NCBI GenBank assembly: GCA_964016885.1
Contig: OZ024743.1
Coordinates: 318,370,001-318,434,000 of the forward strand
Reading direction: 5' to 3'
From: Eledone cirrhosa
Lineage: Eukaryota
Length of the DNA stretch: 64,000 nt
The notes beneath the pieces are model-generated. The model made no database searches. It saw nothing but the letters and a program-made list of their open reading frames with translations, and was not told where the DNA came from. Made by a program: the position numbers and the translations under genes. Shown here in pieces: positions 1 to 10,864 of the stretch. The first letter of the stretch is position 1. Each line of letters opens with the position of its first letter.

Positions 1-1183
1 TATGCACATATTATCAATGGTTATGACATGGAAACCTGATGAAAATGACTAGCTTTGTAGAACAAAGAGGGAGGATGTGGGTGGAAATATCATTTACAAA
101 GCTAGCAATTTTTTATTGCAGCGCAAGTCATATTTTTTGTTAATATGCTAAAAGCATAGTCTGCTGCGAGTATCTTGGAAGTTGATAGCACATGAAAAAA
201 TGAAGGAAAAATTTTTTTTCTAACATAAATCAAAGTGGAAATTTAAATCCTCACTTATAAGAAAGCACACCACAGCACATTAATCTACCCCAATCCACAC
301 CATAAATTCACCATAACCATACTTCACTATATGGTAAATTTATTACAAAACACCTACTCCTACCATTTACATCACACCATGGTATGGACATCAATGTGAC
401 AAATTTGCTACCTGCTATTTTCTTTTTTTTTTGTGGTTACCACCTCAAACTAACATCAAAGGTGCTTGCAAATGACTATTTTCCCCACACATTATCAATG
501 AATATGACATGAGAATCTATCGTTTACAATTGGTTTCCATTACATAACTTCACCAAACCAAACCAAACCACACCATACCAAGTTACACCATGCTACATCG
601 CACCAAGCTATTGATTTTGGTGTGAAACATTTTCTTCCCGTTTCCTTTTTTTTGTGTGTGTGCTTACCACCCAATCTGGCATTAAAGGTGCTCCCAATTG
701 ACTATTTTTTTTCCACTTATCAATAATTATGACATGGAAACCTGTCGAAAGTTACTATCTTTGTACAAAATTCACCAAATCACACCAATTACTATTTTAT
801 GCACATATTATCAATGGTTATGACATGGAAACCTGATGAAAATGACTAGCTTTGTAGAAAAAAGAGGGAGGATGTGGGTGGAAATAACATTTACAAAGAT
901 AGTCATTTTTTGTTAATATGCTAAAAGCATAGTCCACTACGAGCATCTTGGAAGTTGATAGCACATGCAAAAATGAAGGAAACATTTTTTTCTAACATAA
1001 ATCAAAGTGGAAATTTAAATCCTCACTTATAACAAAGCACACCACAGCACATTAATCTACCCCAATCCACACCATATACTTCACCATAACCATACTTCAC
1101 TATATGGTAAATTTATTACAGAACACCTACTCCTACCATTTACATCACACCAATGCTCGCAGTTGACTATTTTTTTCACATAT
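1..1183. repeat. ~797-bp tandemly repeated unit (satellite/old repeat); a related copy continues at ~5245-5460 beyond the RTE insertion
   Basis: TATGCACATATTATCAATGGTTATGACATGGAAACCTGATGAAAATGACTAGCTTTGTAG occurs at 1 and again at 798; a diverged version (TAGCTTTGTAGAAAAATG...GGGTGGAAA...GCTAGTCATTTTT) occurs at ~5280. Confidence 0.8.
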
Positions 1184-4100
1184 TCATCATCATCATCATC
1201 ATCATCATCATCGTTTAACGTCCATGTTCCACGCTTGAGGCAAGAGTGGTTGTCTTGCTCGCATAGGACTGTCTGGTGGGTTTTCTACAGCTGGATGCCC
1301 TTCCTAACACCAACCACATTTACAGTGTGGGACTGGGAGGTTTTTACCGTGTTGCCTACACGGCCACATTACAGCGTGGACTGTGTGTTTTTTTTGTCGT
1401 GACACCTACACGATCTCATTTGTTTCGGCCTGGATGTTGTGGCACCAACATAATTTTACATTGAAAGGGGCAGTGTGGATGGGGTGGGGGTGTGTTTTGT
1501 TAGAGATGCCTACTGACTGTAGTAGGTTTTACTTTGTATTCAGGTAAGGCGGGTCTTTATTACTGAGTACCGCCAAAGATCTCGGTCCAGTGACATTGTC
1601 TTGGAGAGGTGTGTGTGAGGTCGGAATTTATCAGGTCGTCCCAGGTTTTTCTGGGTCTGCCTACTCCGTGGCTACCGTCTATCTTTATTGCCCAGCACTT
1701 TTTTATACAGCTGTCGTCTTTCATGTGCATCACGTGACCATACCAATGTAGCCTTCTCTCGACTAAACAACATCTGATCCCTCTTATTTCTAATTTTTCC
1801 CTTAGTTCGTTTATGCTTTGCCGTTCGCGTATATTACTATTACACATCCAGCGGAGCATGCAAGCTTTGTTCCTCTCTAGTCTGCGTATATCCTCTGCAC
1901 ACAATGCCCAGGTTTCACTGCCATGCAACATTGCTGTTCGTATGCAGGCATCATACAGCCTGCCTTTCATTTTTAGGGAGAACCCTTTAGCGGCTAATAG
2001 TGGTATAAGCTCTCTGAACTTTTTCCATCCAGTTCTGACTCTAGCTACTGTACTTTCAGAGCACCCTCTCCCACTGCTGATTTTGTCACCCAGGTAACGG
2101 AAGCTGTCCACTATTTCTATAGAACCCTCTGCGCAATTGAAAGAGCTAGTATTTTGTGGGCACTTGCTGCTACTTATTGCACCAGAGCACCGGCCACATG
2201 TAAAATCTATGTTCTTAGTTAGCTTACCTGTGATCCCACTACATCTTTTATGCACCCATACTTTGCATTTGGGACATAAAATGGAGTTTCTACCTACGCC
2301 TTTCCTACACACTGAGCATGGCCATTTCCTGGCAGGGACCGGCGCCTTATTTTCTTTCCTACAAACTAGAACTTTAGTCTTTGCCAGGTTAATTTTAAGG
2401 CCTTTTGATTCTAGGCCGTGCTTCCATGTTTGGAATTTCTTCTCTAGCTCGGCCATTGATTCAGCTATGAGCGTTAGATCATCTGCGTATAGGAGTTCCC
2501 ATGGGCAGCCGGTCTTGAACTCCACTGTTATAGCCTGAAGGGCAATAATAAATAGTAGGGGGCTAAGAACAGAGCCCTGATGAACACCAACTTTTACGCT
2601 AAACTCTTCACTATATTCGTTGTTAATTCTAACCTTGCTGACTGTTTCTTTATACATGGCTTGTATAGCTCTCACAAGCCATTCATCAACACCTAGTTTT
2701 CTAAGAGCCCACCAGATAATGGAACGGGGGACTCTGTCGAAGGCTTTCTCCAAGTCGACAAAAGCTAAGTATAGGGGTTTACTTTTAGCTAGGTACTTCT
2801 CCTGTAGTTGTCGTACAATGAAAAGAGCGTCTGTGGTACTTTTGCCTGACACAAACCCGAACTGCATTTCATCTAGATCAATTCTCTCTCCGATTAGTTG
2901 CACTATTACTTTTTCCGTGACCTTCATGACCTGGTCGATTAATTTAATGCCTCTATAGTTACTCCTATCTAGGGCGTCTCCTTTACCCTTGTAACACTTA
3001 ATGATGATGCTGCTACGCCAGTCCTTCGGAACAACCCCATTCTGTATGACTTGGTTTACTATCCGGGTGACCATGGTGTGTCCCACCGTTCCAGAGGCTT
3101 TCAGCATCTCAGCAACTATTTCCGAAGGCCCAGCCGCCTTACCCGTCTTCATATCTTTGATTGCCTTACTTATTATACTACCTTCAACTAACACTGCTGG
3201 TCCCTCTATTGGGTCGATGTGGGGGAGACTGCCCTTCTCCCATTTATTCTCCTCATTTAGTAGCCTTTCGTAGTGACACTTCCAAGCTACCTTCTTATCA
3301 GCGTCAGTGATGGCAAGTACGCATAAATCATTTAGTACACACTTCTCCCCAACAATATCACGGTTTTCCTTGACACATTGCCTAGCAATCCTGAACACCT
3401 CACGCTTTTGGTCCTCGCGTTGTAGAACATGCTTGAACTTTCTTTCCTCTGCTTCTCTTCTTGCGAAGTACACTTGTCTCCTAGCTTCCCTCCTGGCCAC
3501 TTGATAGTGTTCTCTACTTCCCCCATCCAGCCATACTTTCCAAGCCTGCTTTTTGGCCTTAATCGACTCCTCTACCTTACTGTTCCACCACCATGTTACT
3601 CTCCTCCTGCCTATAGGCCTGCTCCGGCCATCAGCAGGTTTGCTTTCAGGAATTCCCACTGTTCCTCTATGTTGTACGACTCTAAATGCTCTTCCTTACT
3701 GTCGAAAGCATCAAGTAATATGCTTTGAAATTTATTTCTGGCTGTGGGGTCCTTTAGCTTCCATATTTTTCTCCTGAGGATAGTCCTCTTCTGCTGTCGG
3801 GTACGTCTCGTCCTGACTATGAGGTCGCTAATTATCAGTCTATGTTGGGAGATGCATTCTTCATGGGGGAGGGATTTAGTGTTTACAACAGTCACTCTGT
3901 CACGTCTTCTGGTAAGGATATAATCTACCTGGCTGGTATGTTCCCCTGATCTGTAGGTGATCAAGTGATTGTCTCGTTTTTTGAAGTTAGTGTTACAGTT
4001 TGTTAGGTTATTTGCGTCACAGAATTCCAGGATTCTGGAGCCTTCCTCATTTCTAGTACCAAACCCATAGCCTCCGTGGATTCCATCATAGCCGTCACAA

Positions 4101-5241
4101 TGTTGTCCAACGTGACCATTTAGGTCGCCAGCAATAATTATATAGTCACTGTCGGTTATTTGGGAGGTAGTGAGCATCAGTGTCTCATAGAAAGTGTCTT
4201 TTATAGCGCCAGGCAGTCCGGATTGGGGCGCGTACCCAGATATTATCGTCACAGTAGTTCTATTTAGAACAAGTCTTATTTTAATTATTCTGTCGTTTAC
4301 TCTATTTACGTCTATTATCTTATCCACCCATTTTTCTGCTAACATGATTCCTACCCCACCCAGCCCATTGTCATTTCCCACTCAGAAAAGCTTATAGCAT
4401 CGTTTTTTACCCACAATGAATCTAGCAGACCCGCCCCTCCACTTGGTTTCTTGGATACAGCAGACATCAACCTCCTTACGTTCAAGCATTTCTACAACCT
4501 CGTTAGAGCGGCCTTTTAAGGTCCCTACATTCATGGTACCAACTCTGAAGTTTTAGATTGCGTTTGGTGGGTGGGGTGCAGGGAGGGGTGAGGTGGATGG
4601 GGTTGGGGTTATGTTGGCCATCCGCGGCCGCAACAAAGAGGGTGCGGCCTTGCCCTTTCGTCCGGCAGCATGAGGTGAATTTGTCGTTATCTTTTGCATT
4701 GTCTTCGGGTGTCCAGATTCTTCTGACTCTCCAGAAATTCCCTAGTTCATCCATCATATCGAAAAGCAACCAGAAGTGCTAGCATAGGTCGTTGACTTGT
4801 GATTGGTCCAAATAATAAGGTGGAGAGTGGTGGGCGGGAGGGAGGGGTATGGGGTTTGCGAGGAGCAGACCTATTTTTTTTTTTAGAACAACAGTGAGAC
4901 AGAATTATAGAAAGACAATTATGAATACGACTTTTTGATTCTGGGGGATTGTAAGATATATAGATGAATGAACCGAATGTGGAGAGTTGAGAAGAAAATG
5001 AGATATGTACGTTACATTTCTTAGAAGTAGACTGAACGAGCGACCATCAATAATAGTTGACAAATTCTGAGTTTAGTCCCCCGTAACAAGACTTATTTAT
5101 ATTTGGTTGGCAGGGAGTGAGGGGGAGTGAGAGAGCGGTGTATATGATAGTGAGAGTGAGAGGGTGAGAGGGTGAGAGGCGATTTCAGCGAGCCGAGAGA
5201 GAGAGGCCATTCCTAATAAAACCTGGCAAAATTTTTCGGCC
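1184..5241 (-). mobile_element. Near full-length RTE-clade non-LTR retrotransposon (APE endonuclease + RT with inserted PHD finger), few disablements, (GAT)n tail
   Basis: ORFs 3611-4381 (GDLNGHVG, SQVDYIL, SQHRL endonuclease motifs) and 1560-3659 (FVDLEKAFDRV, QGSVLSP, YADD); upstream FRVGTMNVG..IQETKW cut off by TGA at 4382-4384; (CAT)n on + strand at 1184-1212. Confidence 0.95.
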
Positions 5242-5568
5242 AAATGAATGAATATAACTTTGAAACCTATCGTCAATAATTAGCTTTGTAGAAAAATGAA
5301 GGCAGAAAGTGGGTGGAAAAACCATTCACAAAGCTAGTCATTTTTAATTGCAGTGGAAATCATATTTGTTGTTAATATGCTAAAAAAATAGTCAATTGCA
5401 AGCATTTTGGAGGTCGGATTAGTTGATAGGACATAAAAAACAAAGGAAAAAAAATATTGCCTATATGTTCCTGTGGAAAGTCGGGTCTTCTGTAATACTG
5501 TGTGACGCCAGATGTCATGGTCGTGTGTCATTGCCCTTGAGAGGTGCAATTGGGAAAGGTCGGCTTAG

Positions 5569-6125
5569 AAATATTTACATCTGCGTTCACAGATTGATTT
5601 TTTTTAGTTTCAGAAGATCCCATTAAGGGTGAAAGCAGCCGATTCTTTGCTTATCATTTTAATAAATATTTGCTCTACGGTTCTTATATATTTGATATAT
5701 ATTTATTTAATGAGCCCTCTTTGGATGTTAGTCTTCAAATTTATTATTATTACTATTTGGCTCCCTTGATTGAGTACTCTATTGACTTATATTCATCATG
5801 CAGAAACATCTGAATATTTCTACAAAGAACATACCCGTACCAAGCAGGAAGAAATACCTGAAACTACGTCTCCACGAACCAAAGTATCGCCTTCCTGTCT
5901 TCCTTCGGTTGCAACGTTTTTCGAAATATTTACTTCTGCGTTCACAGATTGATTTTTTTTTAGATTCAGAAGATCCCATTAAGGGTGAAAGCAGCCGATT
6001 CTTCGCTTAAACTTTAATCTGTTATTTTAATAAATATTTACTCTACGGTTCTTATATAATTGATATATATTTATCCCTATCGAGCCCTCTTTGGATTTTA
6101 GTCTTCATATGTATTATTATTACTA
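5569..6125 (+). mobile_element. ~355-bp tandemly duplicated unit, probably a Penelope-like pseudo-LTR remnant
   Basis: CTGCGTTCACAGATTGATTTT...CAGAAGATCCCATTAAGGGTGAAAG at 5581 and 5936; the intervening short ORF STKNIPVPSRKKYLK resembles Penelope-like ORF N-termini (from memory). Confidence 0.55.
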
Positions 6126-6177
6126 TATATATATATGTGTGAGTATATATATATACATATATATACACATACATATT

Positions 6178-6520
6178 GAGAGCATTGGGCTTGCAATCGA
6201 AAGGTTGTGAGTTCAATTCTTACACCGGGTGATGTGTTTCCTTGAGCAAGACACTTTATTTCACATTGCTCCAGTTTACTTAGCTGTAGAAATGAGATGA
6301 TAGGACTGGGGTCCCTATCATTCCACTGCAAAGTGGTCGTGGAGGTGCCACAGCAAAAAAGCACCCTGCCCACACTGTAAAGTGGATGTGGAGGTGCCAC
6401 GGGAAAAAAGCACCCAGCACTCACTGTAAATGAGGTTGGTGTTAGGAAGGGCATCCAGCTGTAGAAATCAAGCCAGAATCAGTTCCCATCCCACCCTTGC
6501 AAGCAGGGAAAAAGGGGCTA
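6178..6520 (+). mobile_element. tRNA-derived SINE family A (tRNA-like head, CTGTAAAGTGG internal repeats, RTE-like 3' tail)
   Basis: B-box-like GTGAGTTCAATTC, then CCTTGAGCAAGACAC..., tail GTTAGGAAGGGCATCCAGC shared with the RTE 3' UTR; highly similar copies elsewhere in the window. Confidence 0.85.
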
Positions 6521-6724
6521 AAACCAAACTTTCGCATCGAGAGCTGGACCAACTCTCGAACAGGACGTCAGTATGGTACCAAAGGTCCCGTCTTCCACAT
6601 CTAGAATCAGGAGCAGCTATTGCAATAGCCTGGGGTTCAAAGGCCCTCAACTTGGTTTTCATAATTTAAATTTGTGTTTCCTATTCATCAATGCTTCAAG
6701 CAAGCTATAAAACTCTGTTATATT

Positions 6725-7110
6725 TCATCATCATCATTTTATGTCAGTTCTTCTACGCTGGCATGGGTTGTCCTGTTGTGGGCAGTGTCCAGTTGGCTGA
6801 CCTTGTCTTGCTCATACGGGAACTGATTCCGTCTTGATTTCTACAGCTGGATGCCCTTCCTAACACCAACCTCATTTACAGTGAGTGCTGGGTGTTTTTT
6901 TTTTTTTGCCGTGGCACCTCCACGACCACTTTGCAGTGGAATGATAGGGACCCCACTCCTATCATCTCATTTCTACAGCTGAGTAAACTGGAGCAATGTG
7001 AAATAAAGTGTCTTGCTCAAGGAAACAACACATCACCCGGTCCGAGAATTAAACTCACAACCTTTCAATTGCAAGCCCAATGCTCTAACCACTGAGCCAT
7101 GTGCCTTCTA
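6725..7110 (-). mobile_element. SINE family A copy (inverted relative to the 6178 copy)
   Basis: Reverse-complement match to the 6178-6520 copy; (CAT)n tail at 6725. Confidence 0.85.
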
Positions 7111-7129
7111 TTGTTGGCAATGTTAGGTC

Positions 7130-8080
7130 AGGTGACCATGTCTTTCTCATAAAGAACTGATTTTGGCTTGGTTTCTACAGCTGGATGCCCTTCCTAATGC
7201 CAAGCTCATTTACAATGAGTACTGGGTGTTTTTTGTTGTGAATCCTCCACGACTACTTTACAGTGTGGACTGGGTGTTTTTTACTGTGTCACCATCACAA
7301 CCACTTTACAGTGTTTCGGCCTGTTCTCATGAAAGATATATTGGCGGGTGGGATGGAGTGGTGCATACTGTATGTATGTTTCAGCCTTGGCCTGGGCCCG
7401 TGGGAAATTGGGGTTTCTGTATTACCTCATAACGCCAGAGATCTTGGTCCTGTGTCATTGCCTTTCAGAGGTGCAATTGGGCAAGGTCGGCTTTTATCAC
7501 TTCATCTCAAGTCTTTCTGGGACTTTATGTAGCTGTCATCCTTCATACGAATCATGTCCATACCAACATAATCTCCTCTCCTGCACACATTTGATTCCTC
7601 TTATTCCTAGTTTCTCTTTCAGTTTGTTTATGCTTTGCTGTTCACATATATTACTATTACACATCCATCGGAGCATACAAGCTTCATTCCTTTCTAATCT
7701 ACGCAAGTCTTCTACACACAGCGCCCAGCTCTCACTACCATGCAACATTGCCATTCATATGCACACAACATACAGTCTACCTTTTATTCTGAGGGAAAAG
7801 CCTTTTGTATCCAGCTATAGCAGTAGCTCCCTCAACTTCTTCCATCCCGTTCTTTCAGAACACCCCCCTCCGCTGCTAATTCGGTATTGTTTTTACCAAG
7901 TCCTCCCAGACTTTGATGTCACTTGTTTTCAGTGATTGTTTGCTGCTTACTGTCCTGGTGCAACTGCTACATGTAAAGCCTACATTCTTAACTAAACTTC
8001 CTGAGATCCCACTACATCTCTTGTGTACCCATAATTTGCATATGGGGCTTCTACCAACACCTCTCCTACATAATGAGCAC
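7130..8080 (-). mobile_element. Degenerate RTE 3' fragment
   Basis: MLHGSESWALCVEDLRRLERNEACMLRWMC and LWVHKRCSG peptides match the 1560-3659 ORF. Confidence 0.85.
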
Positions 8081-8130
8081 ACACACACACATATATATAT
8101 ACACACACTCACATATATATATATATATAT

Positions 8131-9100
8131 ACTAGCCGAATTACCAGCGCCTTGCTGCGTTTCACACATTTTTTTTGTAAGAAAATGATGATTGATTTTA
8201 AATCAGTGATATAATTTATGGAGAAAAACTCAATATTACTCAATGTAAAATATAATGCACGAAAAAATTGGAAAACATCATTTTTTGTAATATATCAAAT
8301 CAAAATTGCATTATTAAATCTTATTCTTATTTTGTTTCTTGTAAATAATTTTTTTCAAAATATCAATTGAAAACTTTTGTGAATAGGCATCATAACTTGT
8401 CATTTACCTATGGTTTAAGTGTCATATAAATCGAAAGGGAAAAGTTTTCAGCGGGGGTTTGTACCCCCGGGGAACCCTAATAGGGGGTTTAACCACCATT
8501 AAGGTGTCTTATAGTATTGAAATTTTGTGAATAGGCATCATATCTCTTCATTTATCTACGGTTTAAATTGCATATAAATCGAACCAAAAAAATTTTCAGC
8601 GGGGATTTTGTGCCCCCTGGTGAACCCTAATAGGGGGTTTAACCCCCATTAGGGTATTGTAATTTTATTGAAATTTGCTGAAATGATGTGAATAGGCATC
8701 ATATCTTGTCGTTTACCTATGGTTTAAATTGCATATAAATCGAAGGGAAAACATTTTCAGCAGGGGTTTGTGCCACCGGGGAACCCCATTAGGGTATTTT
8801 AATTTTATTGAAATTTGCTGAAATTTTGTGAATAGGCATCATATCTTGTCATTTACCTATGGTTTAAATTTCATATAAATCGAAGGTAAAGTTTCAGCAG
8901 CGGTTTTGTGCCCCCGATGAACCCTTTGATTAAAATGAAATATACTTATACAAGTACCCTGGGCAATGTAGTTTCAGAATATATATGGTTATGGGGATCT
9001 ATCTCCAAAACCATAGGAGGAGTTCGTAAAATCTTGTTCCATTTATTGGCCAAACTTTTCACTATAACCCCCATTAGGGTGTCTTAATATTATTGAAATT
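8131..9100 (+). mobile_element. Non-autonomous Helentron/HINE-like element with internal ~120-170-bp tandem repeats
   Basis: Begins ACTAGCCGAATTACCAGCGCCTTGC after (TA)n; four repeats of TGTGAATAGGCATCAT..TTTACCTATGGTTTAA..CATATAAATCGAA..TTTTCAGC; family call is by resemblance. Confidence 0.55.
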
Positions 9101-9362
9101 TGCATACACACACATATATATATACACAAACGCACATACATATATATATATATATATACACAAACACACACATATATATATATATACACACACATATTTA
9201 TATCTTTTAGCAGAGCATGTTAATATTGCCACTCAATGAAAACCCTTTGTTTGTTTGGAATAAATGAATCTTGAAATTTAGGAGTGCCTGTCAGTGTGTA
9301 TGTGTTTATCTACTTAGCATCAATTTACTACCCTCTCCTACCACCATATTACATTGACAGTC

Positions 9363-9414
9363 GGCTTTTCTGATGATTTCCTCCGAATGAAACAGTTCTA
9401 GTCCTGTTGAAGCC
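9363..9414 (+). ncRNA. Type I hammerhead ribozyme motif in a Penelope-like 3' remnant
   Basis: GGCTTT(T)-CTGATGA-TTTC CTCC GAAT-GAAA-CAG ttctagtc CTG-TT-GAAGCC; upstream HSMKTLCLFGINES* resembles a GIY-YIG ORF C-terminus. Confidence 0.65.
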
Positions 9415-9479
9415 ATTTCTATATTAAATATATATATATACTCTTTTAGTTGTTCCAGCCATCTGGCTGAGACCATGAG

Positions 9480-10075
9480 TGGGCACTGCCCTTGTTGCTA
9501 CACATTCTATCTCCAGCTTGTGTTGGCTGGCGATTGATGTAAGAGGGAGTTCGTTGCTGCTGCCCTTAGGTTACCTTCGTACCGTGATGTGGGCTCATCC
9601 GGGATCCTGGATAACAGGGTGTTGAGAAGTTTCTTGAAAATATCCACGGCCACACCATGTAGATCTCTCAAATCCCTCGGCAATTTGTTGAAGAGTTGAG
9701 GGCCTTTGAACCCCAGTCTATTGCGATATCTGCTTCTTGTTCTAGATGTGGAAGATGGGACCTTTGTCACCACACAGTGACGTCCTGTTCGGGGGTTGGT
9801 TCCGCTCTCAATACCAAAGTTTGGCGCTAGTCCCTCCAGGATTTTCCATATGTATATCACTGCATATCTCTCCCGTCTTCGTTCCAAGGAGTAGAGTTTC
9901 AGTTCTTTTAGCCTCTACCAGTAGCTCATCTCCTTCATCGTGCAATCCTCTTGGTGTAGCTTCGTTGGATTGTCTCAAGTTCCGTGGTTAGTTTGATACT
10001 ATGGGGGGAGCAACAGTCCAGGCGGCTTAGGACAAATGGCCTTCATAGTATCATGGTCTCCCAGTCTCTTATATA
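9480..10075 (-). mobile_element. CR1/L2-like LINE 3' fragment
   Basis: ERRRERYAVIYIWKIL...GPQLFNKLP...FKKLL is a typical LINE ORF2 C-terminus. Confidence 0.85.
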
Positions 10076-10864
10076 GAAAACCTCAAATAAAAAGTCAAGA
10101 TTTGTTTCGATTTAACAGAGCAGAAAGAATTCGCGTCAGAATATTCCAACCAATCCAGCCTATATCAGCTGAATAAATATGTATATAGAGATATATATAT
10201 ATACACACCCACATGCACATATATATATACACACGATGGCTGCCCCTTCGTTATCGAGTATAGCCATTGCACGATAGACCATTATTAATAATTATTAATT
10301 AATTCTATCGTGCAATGCCTGTGCATGAAGATATTTTTTTAAATGAGGAAAGACTGTGCACTGAGCTAATCCCACTCTGAGCGACAGTAACTATAACCCG
10401 AAAAAAAGAAAATATCAACATCATCGGTAACTACTGAGCCGCAGGTTTTATATCGGAGTTATCCCAGTTTCCTGAGTTGCCTTCTCCTAGAAGAATGCCC
10501 TGACAAAGGCTAGGGGTCCTTCACTCCCAGTGGTTTAACCGCGCGATCGGGTGTCCAGCCCGATTATTTCTATGTCCCCGCGCATGTACATACACATGCA
10601 CCCATGTATATACACATATACATGTGTATATACATATTTACACACTTTTGGATGGCCGTTGACTCTTATGAGATCTTCTGCCCTTTGTCAGGTTTTTTGT
10701 TTTTTGTCCTGCAGGGTGTCCAAAATCACCCTCCTCACCAAGTAAACTTGGTGGGGTTGCCGGTTTAGTCACCGACGACCCGACCATGCGGCAGGTTGTA
10801 CTGGGTTACATGTTACCAATAACACTCAAGAGTGACCCGACATACATACATACATACATACTAC

